From a virus (lineage: Duplodnaviria > Heunggongvirae > Uroviricota > Caudoviricetes): a stretch of 64,000 bases of DNA. The translations under genes and the position numbers were made by a program. How positions within the stretch are numbered: position 1 is the first letter of the stretch; each line of letters starts with the position of its first letter. Under the pieces are notes generated by a model. The model did no database searches, had not been told where the DNA came from, and was given only the letters and a program-made list of their open reading frames with translations. The stretch lies in the IMG/VR virus record IMGVR_UViG_3300009614_000107; one strand, given 5' to 3'. Shown here in pieces: positions 45,787 to 56,269 of the stretch.

Positions 45787-46544
45787 CAAAACTTTTTCCA
45801 CATCCCAAGGAACCAAGGAACCTTTGTTCCATCTATATCCAGTACAGTTGAATATTGTGTTAGACATAAATACTCTTCGTGATTTACGACAATTTTTGAC
45901 TCATTTTTATTCCTCATTTGTTTGTTTTGCCATAATAAATTACTATTTTCCATCCAGAGATTGTGTTGATGTAGACCGAGCCATTTGTTGCAATCTGCTA
46001 CTTTTATGTCACCACAAACTATTAGGATTCCGTTTGGTTTTAAGACTGTATTAATCCCTTTAAATGTTTGTTCTGGATTATCTCCGTGATCTATTGAATT
46101 GCTTGCATAGATCATATGAATTGAATTTGGTTTAAAAAGTTCAGCAATTTCCTCTCCTCTGCCTCTCAGAAGAAAGTCTCTCCCACCAAATTCTCTCTTA
46201 AAATCATCTGCAAGAGGATCAATTGCCCTCAAATCAAAAAGACCATCATCATATCCTTTGGTGAGTCTAGAACGTGGACCAGGACCAATCTCCAAACATT
46301 TAATTGCTTTGCCAGATATACCAAAATCTTTCTTTATTTCATTTAATGCTATCTCTATATCATTTGTTTGCATATCTTGGGAGTAACTTAGTGGTTTGCC
46401 GTTCATCTCACGTTTCCAATAAAGCAGTTCATCAGAATATCCAAAATTAGAATATTTTAGTACGTTATGAACATAATAAAGAAACAGCTTTGGATGAAAT
46501 ATTGCACCATGTACATAATTCACAGCTTTTCTTATTTTACTCAT
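45786..46544 (-). CDS. SAM-dependent methyltransferase-like protein
   Basis: motif I-like CLEIGPGPRS. Confidence 0.45.
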   Translation of the reverse strand: MSKIRKAVNYVHGAIFHPKLFLYYVHNVLKYSNFGYSDELLYWKREMNGKPLSYSQDMQTNDIEIALNEIKKDFGISGKAIKCLEIGPGPRSRLTKGYDDGLFDLRAIDPLADDFKREFGGRDFLLRGRGEEIAELFKPNSIHMIYASNSIDHGDNPEQTFKGINTVLKPNGILIVCGDIKVADCNKWLGLHQHNLWMENSNLLWQNKQMRNKNESKIVVNHEEYLCLTQYSTVLDIDGTKVPWFLGMWKKF

Positions 46545-47248
46545 ACGTTTGCCTTCAGCATAAAGTTCTTGTCGTTTGTGTATATCTTAACAGCAATACT
46601 AGGAATATTAGGATCGATATATTTTATAAACATTTTATTTTTAATGACCATATCATGGAAAAGTGGGTTGTTATAAATCAATACTATCTTCCTTGGATTT
46701 GTTGTTAGTGATTCAGATATGCGTTCAAGCACATCAAACATAACCTCTTTTGGAAACGAGTTGAATATATAAAAAAAATTATAATTATTATATTTATTAA
46801 ATATTCTTGCATCACAATGATAAATTTTTATATTTTTATGAGGAATTTTTGATATATTTCTTATACTTATCTCACATAATTCTTTATCAATTTCTATTCC
46901 GTCTATCTTTTCAAATGGATATTGTAGAAATGTTATGATTGCTCCACCCTTACCACTACCTATATCAATTATAGAATCTGTTTGTTGTATTTCTATTTTT
47001 GAGATTATTTTATTAAGAATTGGACCACCAGAACTTTGATGGCATGTCATATTTTCAGCATTAGATTTTCTATATTCAAGATCTATGCCAAGAGAAAACA
47101 TTCTCAATTGAAATCTTATGTTTTCTGGAGATATGTTAGTTATAATAAAATGTATTATAGGTTTAAAGTTCATACCAATCAACATATTGAGATATTTTCT
47201 GATCATGAATACTCTACGCTGATTGGTGCTGTTATAGAAGAAATTCAA
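46541..47248 (-). CDS. class I SAM-dependent methyltransferase
   Basis: IIDIGSGKGGAI motif I. Confidence 0.65.
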   Translation of the reverse strand: MNFFYNSTNQRRVFMIRKYLNMLIGMNFKPIIHFIITNISPENIRFQLRMFSLGIDLEYRKSNAENMTCHQSSGGPILNKIISKIEIQQTDSIIDIGSGKGGAIITFLQYPFEKIDGIEIDKELCEISIRNISKIPHKNIKIYHCDARIFNKYNNYNFFYIFNSFPKEVMFDVLERISESLTTNPRKIVLIYNNPLFHDMVIKNKMFIKYIDPNIPSIAVKIYTNDKNFMLKANV

Positions 47249-48141
47249 TAAGAAACATCCCTATATGTCTCTATAATTTTCTTTACAAGAATGTTTTTAC
47301 TAAGATTCTCCCTAAAGTACATTGCCCCATCTACATTTGGTTCAGTTCTATCTTCAAGATTTTTGAGAAGTTCAAGAGAAGTATTGTAGTCTGTAGCATA
47401 TTCACAAAATGGAAATTTTTGTGACCATATAACATATCTGCCCATACTCAGGCTTTCCTGAACCATATGTGAAAGAGCATCATGTTTTGTTATTCTAAGA
47501 AGGACAGTTGACCTTTTATAGATATTTTCCATCTCATTATGATTGACGATATCTATATACTCAACATTTGGTAATTTTTTGAATCTTGCCCCACCAAGAA
47601 TTATATAATTATACGATGTGTTTTTGATTAATTCTTTAATTATTTTTCCACCATAGAAGTCTGTTGCACCGACTTTTTTCCATCCTAAATAGACAAGAAC
47701 TGTGAATTTCTTTGGTAATGGAGAAATATCAGTAGTTGAGATATCACTTGGAAGGATCAAGCATTTTGATTCTACACCCTTAGTTTTAAGTTCGTCAACT
47801 AACCAAGGAGAGTTGGCCAAATGCAAATCAATAAGTGGGTTGATACGATTTAGTAGTCTCTGATCTGCTTCAAGTACATCTGTTCCAATCCAGTGAAGTA
47901 CTATCTTTTTTCCCATCTTCTTCAGTATTGTAAATATCACAAGCCAAAGAAATCCCTCTATGCCACTCAGTTTTGCAGAAATATGATGAAAAACATCCGA
48001 TCTTATTACTTTCACAAAGTTTCCGAATATAGATAAGATGCTACGATTCACAACAAGCACTTGAATATCTGGATAGTCTTTTAGGAGGGACGAAAGAAAC
48101 TTGACATCTATACTATTTCCAGAGAGTAGCACTTTTGTCAT
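47245..48141 (-). CDS. GT-B fold glycosyltransferase (GT4-like)
   Basis: C-terminal E-x7-E-like MVQESLSMGRYVI. Confidence 0.45.
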   Translation of the reverse strand: MTKVLLSGNSIDVKFLSSLLKDYPDIQVLVVNRSILSIFGNFVKVIRSDVFHHISAKLSGIEGFLWLVIFTILKKMGKKIVLHWIGTDVLEADQRLLNRINPLIDLHLANSPWLVDELKTKGVESKCLILPSDISTTDISPLPKKFTVLVYLGWKKVGATDFYGGKIIKELIKNTSYNYIILGGARFKKLPNVEYIDIVNHNEMENIYKRSTVLLRITKHDALSHMVQESLSMGRYVIWSQKFPFCEYATDYNTSLELLKNLEDRTEPNVDGAMYFRENLSKNILVKKIIETYRDVSY

Positions 48142-48770
48142 TGTTCATCATCCTTCCATGCCACTATTGTATTTATGATTGTTTTATTATATGGTCTAAA
48201 GATATTTACAAATTTTATTAAATATGTTATCAGCCTCTGTTCTTCTCCTTCAAAATCCAGTCTGCTTACTAGTTTTGTTTTAAATCCAAGTTTTTTAAAA
48301 TCTTTTTCATACCAGATCGTATTATGTGTGTGATAATCGTTCACTTTTGGTGAGAGAGCATTGCCGTTTGGACAAGTAAATATCACAAGTGGTGCTAAAT
48401 CTCTAAGATATTCAATCATCTTTAATGTCTTATTTTTATCTAATGTGTGTTCAACAACTTCTGTGCAAATTATTATTTTTACATCTTTTGTTATATTTGC
48501 TGGATATGGAACTTCAACAGCATCATATAAATAGACATCTCGATAAAATGGCATCCATTTTTTTGCAAATTCAACATTATCTGGATTCTTGTCTATTCCA
48601 ATGATATAAGGTTCCCCTGTGAAATGGTATTGCTTTCCATAACTAAATGACATAATAGTGTGCATCACTTGACCATAACCGAATCCAATATCAAGTATCT
48701 TCTTATTATGTAGATCCTTTGGAAGCAAATCGATAACTGGTGCTACATTATATAGCGCACCGTGTGCCAT
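48138..48770 (-). CDS. class I SAM-dependent methyltransferase
   Basis: ILDIGFGYGQ motif I. Confidence 0.6.
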   Translation of the reverse strand: MAHGALYNVAPVIDLLPKDLHNKKILDIGFGYGQVMHTIMSFSYGKQYHFTGEPYIIGIDKNPDNVEFAKKWMPFYRDVYLYDAVEVPYPANITKDVKIIICTEVVEHTLDKNKTLKMIEYLRDLAPLVIFTCPNGNALSPKVNDYHTHNTIWYEKDFKKLGFKTKLVSRLDFEGEEQRLITYLIKFVNIFRPYNKTIINTIVAWKDDEQ

Positions 48771-49303
48771 TATATCAATCTCCTAATTTTTTTAGATGTG
48801 TTTTTAATAAATAAATTCACACCTTCTGGCTTCTTGCTTATTACAGTGCATGGATTTCCATAAGCAACAACATTGTCTGGGATATCTTTGACAACATTGC
48901 TACCCTGACCAATTATCGTATTCTTACCTATTCTTATCCGATTCCTGATTGTTGAACCAGCATGAATTACTGTATCATCACCTATTTCCACAAAACCACT
49001 TACAAATGTTGAGATAATTTCTGTTCTATTCCCAATTATACAATCATGTCCAATATCTGTGTATTGACCTATAATTACCTGGTTGCCAATTTTTGTTGGT
49101 CGAGTAACGCCACTCATAATAACAGAATGAGGACCAATGTAAACATCATTTCCTATCTCAACACCAAATTTTGCTTCTTCACGTTTGAAATTCTTGAATT
49201 CTAAAGGAGTGCCACAGATAACAGAAAACTCACGAATTTCCACATTTTTACCTATGACTGCTGGTTGATTGATAATTGCTGTTGAATGTATGAATTCAGT
49301 CAA
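48770..49303 (-). CDS. hexapeptide-repeat (left-handed beta-helix) sugar N-/O-acetyltransferase
   Basis: repeated [LIV]G-x4 hexapeptides: IGNDVYIGPHSVI, IGNQVIIGQYTDIG, IGNRTEI. Confidence 0.7.
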   Translation of the reverse strand: MTEFIHSTAIINQPAVIGKNVEIREFSVICGTPLEFKNFKREEAKFGVEIGNDVYIGPHSVIMSGVTRPTKIGNQVIIGQYTDIGHDCIIGNRTEIISTFVSGFVEIGDDTVIHAGSTIRNRIRIGKNTIIGQGSNVVKDIPDNVVAYGNPCTVISKKPEGVNLFIKNTSKKIRRLI

Positions 49304-49809
49304 TCCTTCTTCTTCTCCTTTAGATTCTCATATAGGAAGTCAATATATACTTCGAATAAGTATCTTGCATCAATATGCCAAATTGGAAGTTCTCCATCTT
49401 CTAATGGAACCCTGTTTCCCTTCATCCAATCTGTATCATAATGCCATGTTTTCTTTGGCTGGTTGAGTGGTGGATACCAAACACGCTTGCGATTGAAACC
49501 ATATTTTCCAACATGAATATGTCTATGTATATCCTTACCAGAACTCTTTAGATAATCAATTAATACCTTTTTTTCTTTCGCAACATCATCTGTGATACCA
49601 TAAACAGTATCAACATCAAGAAGTTCGTTAAGTTCAGTAATTGCTATTGCATAACTATCAGTTTCTTCATACATGTCTCTAAAGAAAAATGGGTGTATAT
49701 GAAAAAGATTGCAACATCCAAAAAAGAAGAGTTTAATTCCTCTCTTAATGCACCAAAAAGCATCAACATCTGGTGTATCCCAATCAAATAAAACTTTTAA
49801 CTTACCCAT
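49300..49809 (-). CDS. hypothetical protein
   Basis: ORF in glycan cluster. Confidence 0.4.
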   Translation of the reverse strand: MGKLKVLFDWDTPDVDAFWCIKRGIKLFFFGCCNLFHIHPFFFRDMYEETDSYAIAITELNELLDVDTVYGITDDVAKEKKVLIDYLKSSGKDIHRHIHVGKYGFNRKRVWYPPLNQPKKTWHYDTDWMKGNRVPLEDGELPIWHIDARYLFEVYIDFLYENLKEKKKD

Positions 49810-50795
49810 TTTTTACCATATCCTATTTTTGGTCTATCTTTGGTTTTAAAGATAACCCAAAGTTGATAATACTCACCAATACTACCTAGTACTTGCAATA
49901 TAAACAAATTGAAATTAAACGTACTGTGCGACCACGTTATACCAAAAACAAGTGCTATTATGGACAGTAACACCCCTAAACTGGGAAAAAGTGTTGGTAG
50001 TCCAAATAACAGTGAAATTATTAGAAAAACTGTTGAGAATAAAAATACTGATCTGAGTAATACACCACAAAAATGATGGATATCTATTAAGCAATATCTC
50101 CACCCGTATTTATATATAAATTTAAAAAATGTTGGTGTTTTAAATGCCTTCCATAGATTTCTTTTTCCCTGTACTCCAAAATGATATCCCTGAAGATCAT
50201 TTTCAACACCGCCAACTGCTCCAGATTTAATTAATCGAATAACCAAATCCCTATCCTGACCACGAGTAAAGAATTGATCAAAACCACCAACCTTGAGTAC
50301 AACTTCCCTCTTAAATGCCACAACACCCGATGGGTTTCCAAGATGGTTATTATCATATGTTATTGTTGAATATTTATGTCCATTATCTTCAAATTTCTTT
50401 GATATTAATTTAGAATCTGTTTCATATTGATGTGAACATAAGTAATCGAGCTGTGGGTTCTCTTTAAAATATCTAACATTGGCTTCAACCCACCAATGTG
50501 ATCTTACACTATCTGAATCAGCCCACAGAATAATATCTCCTGTTGCTTTGGACAGCAATAGATTCATTGCATACCCAGTTCCCAAGCCATTCATATCATA
50601 ATATACGCTGACTGGTGTCTTGCTTTCTTTCTGAAAGTTAAGAACAATTTCTTCTGTTTTATCATTACTTTTGCCAACACAAATAAGTATTTCATTTGGT
50701 TGCAGAGATTGATCTGAAATGAACTTGAGCGCATATGGTAGACTCCATTCCGCATTCCTAGTTGGAAGGAGCACAGAGACAGTCATATTATCCAT
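49797..50795 (-). CDS. glycosyltransferase family 2 with C-terminal TM segments
   Basis: VSVLLPTRNAEWSL...DSD. Confidence 0.7.
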   Translation of the reverse strand: MDNMTVSVLLPTRNAEWSLPYALKFISDQSLQPNEILICVGKSNDKTEEIVLNFQKESKTPVSVYYDMNGLGTGYAMNLLLSKATGDIILWADSDSVRSHWWVEANVRYFKENPQLDYLCSHQYETDSKLISKKFEDNGHKYSTITYDNNHLGNPSGVVAFKREVVLKVGGFDQFFTRGQDRDLVIRLIKSGAVGGVENDLQGYHFGVQGKRNLWKAFKTPTFFKFIYKYGWRYCLIDIHHFCGVLLRSVFLFSTVFLIISLLFGLPTLFPSLGVLLSIIALVFGITWSHSTFNFNLFILQVLGSIGEYYQLWVIFKTKDRPKIGYGKKWVS

Positions 50796-51409
50796 CTAAT
50801 TACCTCAAATGCTTCTGCATAATCAGAATCACATTGAACACCACGTGCCTTGGCCAAACCATAAATGGCATCTTTATCAAAGTATCTTTTGTTAGATTGT
50901 GATTTATATTTTTGTAAAATATCCCACTTTCTATCCATGTGACTTTTTGTTAATTTACTAAAAAGCTGTGTGTTGAACGTTATATAATTCCAGGGTAGTT
51001 CATATGAAATTATACTACTTGAAGTCTTAAATGCCCTGACAGTTTCAGATGCAATAACTTGATGATCTTGGTGGAAGTCATTAAGAGAGGGACAAATCAC
51101 AAGATCTGGCTTGAACATGTCTCTTATCTTTATCAATTCATCAAGTATAGGTTGTCTGTGAACATGTAATTCCCTCACTTTGAAGGTAAATATTTTGTAA
51201 GAATCCTTTCCAAGTCCAATAGTATTCATAACGTCTTGAAATTCATTTTTGAGTGTGTCTTTAGAATATTCCTTTGGAATAGATATTTCTGCTGTTGAAA
51301 ACACAACCCAAAATAGATTCGCTCCGTTCTCTAAAAGTTTAAAAACAGTACCTCCACATCCGAGCTCTATGTCATCTGTGTGTGGACTTAGAAGTAAGAT
51401 ATTTTTCAA
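50783..51409 (-). CDS. PIG-L/LmbE family N-acetylglucosaminyl deacetylase
   Basis: ILLLSPHTDDIELGCGGT signature. Confidence 0.75.
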   Translation of the reverse strand: MKNILLLSPHTDDIELGCGGTVFKLLENGANLFWVVFSTAEISIPKEYSKDTLKNEFQDVMNTIGLGKDSYKIFTFKVRELHVHRQPILDELIKIRDMFKPDLVICPSLNDFHQDHQVIASETVRAFKTSSSIISYELPWNYITFNTQLFSKLTKSHMDRKWDILQKYKSQSNKRYFDKDAIYGLAKARGVQCDSDYAEAFEVIRWII

Positions 51410-52071
51410 TATAGATCAACTCCCATGTTGAATATTAAATCAATAATTGAGAGATTTGACAAAAAATCCCCATATAGTTGTTGGTATATCGGGTGTTTTA
51501 TATTTTGGTATATTATCTTGATATCATACTTTTCAAAGTGTAAGTTATCATTATATTTTCTACCAGATATACCACAATAGTAGACATCTGCACCAACTGC
51601 TTTGCAAATTTCTGGGATTAGTGTTTCTTTCTTACCATGTACATCAAGTTCTGAGGCACGTATAAAAGTACCACCTATATTAAACAATTGAGCCAATGTT
51701 TCTGTTATAAATATATTGAGATCAGACAGATTGTGCCATTCCTTTTTGTAGATGGAATTTATAATATTTTCATATTGTCTGTAATACTTACTGTGAACAT
51801 AATTCTCGTGTATCAAATTCATATGTGCAGTGCGCCAATCAATTGTGTTTGAAATAGTAACATTTTTTATTTCTTTTTCTAATATTCCTTTTTTATTAAG
51901 TGGCACTGTAAGCCATGCCTCTCCTTTTGGTGTTTTGATTCTATTTCTATTTGTAAAACTCTCCTTGGAATAAGTAACATTATCAAGAAATACAAAGATA
52001 TCAGATACATTGATTTTATCAAAATAGCCATAGTATGGGAAGAAATTTGGTTGATGTATAGATACAATCAT
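51406..52071 (-). CDS. WbqC-like family protein
   Basis: N-terminal MIVSIHQPNFFPYYGYFDKI pattern. Confidence 0.45.
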   Translation of the reverse strand: MIVSIHQPNFFPYYGYFDKINVSDIFVFLDNVTYSKESFTNRNRIKTPKGEAWLTVPLNKKGILEKEIKNVTISNTIDWRTAHMNLIHENYVHSKYYRQYENIINSIYKKEWHNLSDLNIFITETLAQLFNIGGTFIRASELDVHGKKETLIPEICKAVGADVYYCGISGRKYNDNLHFEKYDIKIIYQNIKHPIYQQLYGDFLSNLSIIDLIFNMGVDLY

Positions 52072-52073
52072 TT

Positions 52074-52712
52074 TTATTCACTTTTTAATTCAAATAACAT
52101 AACTGACTGCTCGTGAAGAAGAGTTGATTTTCTTGCTATAAGAACAAATCCCTTAGTTTTAAGGTAATCTATGAAATATTGTAGTTTAAAAGAGTATTCA
52201 AGAACACCTTTTCCACCGAGATGTAACCAAGCCCAATGAAGCAAACCACCAAAGAATGAGAAGTGATCTGGCTGGGAAATCATTATCCAGTGATTTGATA
52301 AACGACATGTTTCATCCATAAATGGTGTTGGATCCTTGTAATGTTCCCAAAGACCTTCGGACACACAGAAGTTAAAGGTTTTGTCTGGGAATGTAGTTTT
52401 CATTGCGTCCATGTAAAAAACATCTTTATCTTTTTTAAATCCCAGCTTTTCACAATTTTCTAATGCAGCATCTGAATAATCTATACCTATTGAATCATAG
52501 AAACCTCTCATTCTTAATGTAGATAATGTAATGCCACCGCCACATCCTAAATCTATTGTTTTTGCCCTGTTATCAACTTTGCAGAGCATGTCGTTTATTA
52601 TTTTCATTTTCTGTTTGTGAATCCAAACTCCAATAAAGGATGCCCTATCGCTAACATTTGATGAGAGTTTCCATTCTTCCTCCCAGGCTTGTTTTACTTT
52701 TTCATCAGACAT
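52074..52712 (-). CDS. class I SAM-dependent methyltransferase
   Basis: IDLGCGGGIT motif I. Confidence 0.65.
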   Translation of the reverse strand: MSDEKVKQAWEEEWKLSSNVSDRASFIGVWIHKQKMKIINDMLCKVDNRAKTIDLGCGGGITLSTLRMRGFYDSIGIDYSDAALENCEKLGFKKDKDVFYMDAMKTTFPDKTFNFCVSEGLWEHYKDPTPFMDETCRLSNHWIMISQPDHFSFFGGLLHWAWLHLGGKGVLEYSFKLQYFIDYLKTKGFVLIARKSTLLHEQSVMLFELKSE

Positions 52713-54199
52713 TAAGAATCAACCCTTTGATAGACCTTGACACCATACCTATTATATATCAATCTCCAACTTGAAGATTCTTCCCATTTGAATGGAAAAT
52801 GAACCTGATATGCCCTACTACCAGTATAAATATTAAAGAAAGCTAAATTAGTCATTCTATCACTAACAAAGATGTAATCATAACGACTTGGTACTTTTAT
52901 ATTTTGAGCAGTTGTATTTGTTGCAAGTGTATGTATCATATTATAGAGTTCTTCTGATTGTGTATCAACAAGTGTTTGATTTGCTGGTTTTATATAGAGG
53001 AAAGAATCTGTGATTTCAGCAGATACTATAGAACATGTTGCTGGATAATCTGCAAACCATTTGTCATAATCTTTGATAACACCTGTCTTGTATAAATCAT
53101 TAATTGCACTATATTCATTCAATGTTGGTGCATCTGAAACTGTTAGAAAAGCATTAAGTCCAGAAAATGTAGACAAAATCATTATCACTGAAATAAACAT
53201 AAAAATAATATATTTTCTATTCCCTTTCATAGAAGATATCCATTTTGATGAAAGCATTGCCAATGGAATTATAAAATAGATAGTTAATCTCGGTGGAGCA
53301 AATAAGTATGGTGAATAGAATATCCAAGAAAATGTAAACAAACCAGTTGCAACTATCAACATAGAGATAATTATTTTGTCTATAGAGAACTTAGTTGATA
53401 TTATTTCCAGTAAAGAAAATAAGATCAAAAAGATAGAACCCATAAATACAGATATTCCAAAAGCAATATCAGTAGCAGAATATAACATAATATTACTAAT
53501 TTTGAATCTAGAAATGAGATATATTGGGTTTATTTTATCTTGTTGTTTTATATGTGTATCAAATGGAGATAAGATAAATAAGTAGAAAGCCAAGCATAAT
53601 CCTATTGCTATTAATTTCTTCTTTTTACTTGTGTTTAGGAACATATCTACTGCTACTACACCTATTGTAAATGCACCTGGAAGCAAATGTGAAAATAATG
53701 ATAATATTAGAAAAGCAAATGATGGAATATAGTTTTTTCTAACATAGAAGGCTAAAGAGAAAACACAAAGAAATATCGCCAAAGGTTCAGTTGATGAATA
53801 TGTTGCACTTCTGTAGAATACAGACTCTGAGAAAGTCCAAAACATGCAAACAAATACAGACTGTGTTTTAGTCAGGTATTTTATTGAAAAATAATATATT
53901 GGCACAACAGTCAATGCAGATATCAATGGATTAAAGGACATTGCAATCGTCCTTAGATCTATATGTGAAAACAAACTTGTAAAGTAGACGATTAACTGAG
54001 TTAATATTGGTATTGTGACATTAAATGTAATTTTTTCCGTGGCCATTTCCTGAGTCTGTCTAAACACAAATGCTTCTTCTGCAACCCATCTTGGAATCAG
54101 GAAAAGATGTGGGTACATACGGAAGATAAAACCCAATATCACTAAAGCAATAAGTGAGAATGTGTATTTATGTTGCTCTAATTTAATTTTGAAAGACAA
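52712..54199 (-). CDS. polytopic membrane protein (GT-C-like glycosyltransferase/polymerase candidate)
   Basis: about 12 predicted TM helices, 495 aa. Confidence 0.45.
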   Translation of the reverse strand: MSFKIKLEQHKYTFSLIALVILGFIFRMYPHLFLIPRWVAEEAFVFRQTQEMATEKITFNVTIPILTQLIVYFTSLFSHIDLRTIAMSFNPLISALTVVPIYYFSIKYLTKTQSVFVCMFWTFSESVFYRSATYSSTEPLAIFLCVFSLAFYVRKNYIPSFAFLILSLFSHLLPGAFTIGVVAVDMFLNTSKKKKLIAIGLCLAFYLFILSPFDTHIKQQDKINPIYLISRFKISNIMLYSATDIAFGISVFMGSIFLILFSLLEIISTKFSIDKIIISMLIVATGLFTFSWIFYSPYLFAPPRLTIYFIIPLAMLSSKWISSMKGNRKYIIFMFISVIMILSTFSGLNAFLTVSDAPTLNEYSAINDLYKTGVIKDYDKWFADYPATCSIVSAEITDSFLYIKPANQTLVDTQSEELYNMIHTLATNTTAQNIKVPSRYDYIFVSDRMTNLAFFNIYTGSRAYQVHFPFKWEESSSWRLIYNRYGVKVYQRVDS

Positions 54200-54924
54200 G
54201 ATATTATCTCCTTTTCGTGATTACTAGAAAGCATAGTGTTTTTTGTATATGACAGTTCGGTGATTATTTTCTTGATTTCTTTATCATTTCTTTCCCACCA
54301 TTTAGTCTTTAAAATAAGGTTAATTGTATCTATATTAAATCTATATCTTATCAGTTTTGCTGGATTTCCAGCAACAATTGCATATGGTGGAACGCTGTGT
54401 GTAACAACAGAACCAGCACCAATAACAGCACCATCACCTATTGAAACCGAAGTTAAAATAATGGCATTCAAACCTATCCAGACATCATTACCTATAGTAA
54501 TTTTGCCATTTTTTGAATGAAGCCATTCTGTTGGTGTGTTATGATTTATAAAGCCATATTCTTTCTCTGAAGTAAATGGGTGTGTTGTTAGTCTATCAAT
54601 TGGATGATTACCATTTGAGATAATTACACCATCAGCAATCGAACAGAAACTACCAATTGATGCAAGCCTTTCAATATCAAGGTGCATAAATTGTATATAT
54701 CCATAAGTATATTTTCCAACATCTATATTGAGATATTTTTTGAAATAAAATCTTCCAATGTGTTGATCTTTATATTTTAAATTTATCTTAGCAAGTAATA
54801 AAGCAGATATCTGTCTAAAAAATTGTGTAGGTTGCATTCTGCTTATGATATGAATAACTCTAAGTTCACTTTCTTCTATGGTAGTGACTTTTGAGTTATT
54901 TCTATCAGACATATATAACACCAA
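54178..54924 (-). CDS. hexapeptide-repeat acetyltransferase
   Basis: IGNDVWIGLNAIILTSVSIGDGAVIGAGSVVT...AGNPAKLI. Confidence 0.65.
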   Translation of the reverse strand: MVLYMSDRNNSKVTTIEESELRVIHIISRMQPTQFFRQISALLLAKINLKYKDQHIGRFYFKKYLNIDVGKYTYGYIQFMHLDIERLASIGSFCSIADGVIISNGNHPIDRLTTHPFTSEKEYGFINHNTPTEWLHSKNGKITIGNDVWIGLNAIILTSVSIGDGAVIGAGSVVTHSVPPYAIVAGNPAKLIRYRFNIDTINLILKTKWWERNDKEIKKIITELSYTKNTMLSSNHEKEIISCLSKLN

Positions 54925-54925
54925 A

Positions 54926-56266
54926 TCATTTTGATAGGAATCCTAGCATTCCTAGGGCATCATTCACAACATTTTTCCATTCACGTGGGTTTGTTACAAC
55001 ATTCATCCAGAACTTGGGATTTTTGATATAGAATTCCTTGAAACAGTACTGTTCCCATTGCTGCATCTCATTAAAGTCCATCATATGTTTTCCAGGCATA
55101 TCCTTGTAGGATGCTATAACATCCATTATTGGGACATTTGGATAGGCTTGTAACTGTGCAACATTGATCCTTGTAGCATTGTTATCCTTAATCCATTTGA
55201 CCATATATTTTATCTGGTCAGGTGTCATCCAAGGGAAAATCATAAAAGAAGAGGATGTCCAAAGACCAACTTTATTGACATTTTTGATAAACTGCTCTTC
55301 TTGTTCAACTGTGATATCTTTTTTGATTTCGTCTAGGATACTTTGAATTGGAACCTCATAACCAACATGTAGAGTTCGACACCCAGCTTCTTTCATTAAT
55401 TTGAGGGTTTCGTAATCTTTATCTGCCCTGCTATATGCACCCCAACACATCTCTAAACCCTCATCAATTATGGCTTGACTAATCTCTTTTGCCCAAGGTG
55501 TGATTAGAGTTGAGTCTTGGAAGAACACCTGATTCACTTCTGGAAGTTCATTTTTTATGTACCAAAGTTCTTCCATTAATTTTGAAAGGCTTCGTGTTTG
55601 TGTCCTATCTGGGTCGAGCTGATACATTCCATTTACCCAAGAGCAGAAAGCGCATCTATGTGGACAACTTCCGTGACCATAGAAGAGATCGGTAAATGGG
55701 TGTCTAAAACTTGTTTGATAGTAAGCAGGAATTATAAGGTGTTTCTTATAGACACTTGTGACAAATGGCATCCAATCAAGATCTATTCTGGTGTATGGTT
55801 TTCCTTGCGGAATGTATCTACCATCACTATACGTTACTCCCTTTGCTGGTCTTTTCTCGATAAGTTCTGGTAATGTGTACTCAAACTGCCCCCAAGTCAT
55901 TGATTCTACAGATGGGCATTCCCAGAGAGCATTAGGATAGTGTGCGCTCCAAGGACCAACAAGTATAACTCTGTATTTTTGAGCCAACTGTTCTGCATAT
56001 GCCAAATCTTCAAATCTTGTATCATATGCCCAGTAGTAGGCAATTACTTCTGGGTTATAGTCTTGGATTATCTGGTTTGTTTTATCTATGCTGGTTTTGA
56101 GAACAGAAGCATCATATAACATACATTCATAGCCTAACTTTTCAAGAACACCAGTTGCATATGCTAAAAAAATCGGTGGCCAAGATTGTGTGCTGATCTT
56201 GCTTTTACGGACAAGCCTTCCTGTCCGAATTATATCCCCAGGGGGATTCAAAAGAAAGATTTTCAA
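54926..56266 (-). CDS. B12-binding radical SAM enzyme (class B)
   Basis: CPHRCAFCS CxxxCxxC; N-terminal B12-binding-like region. Confidence 0.75.
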   Translation of the reverse strand: MKIFLLNPPGDIIRTGRLVRKSKISTQSWPPIFLAYATGVLEKLGYECMLYDASVLKTSIDKTNQIIQDYNPEVIAYYWAYDTRFEDLAYAEQLAQKYRVILVGPWSAHYPNALWECPSVESMTWGQFEYTLPELIEKRPAKGVTYSDGRYIPQGKPYTRIDLDWMPFVTSVYKKHLIIPAYYQTSFRHPFTDLFYGHGSCPHRCAFCSWVNGMYQLDPDRTQTRSLSKLMEELWYIKNELPEVNQVFFQDSTLITPWAKEISQAIIDEGLEMCWGAYSRADKDYETLKLMKEAGCRTLHVGYEVPIQSILDEIKKDITVEQEEQFIKNVNKVGLWTSSSFMIFPWMTPDQIKYMVKWIKDNNATRINVAQLQAYPNVPIMDVIASYKDMPGKHMMDFNEMQQWEQYCFKEFYIKNPKFWMNVVTNPREWKNVVNDALGMLGFLSK

Positions 56267-56269
56267 CCA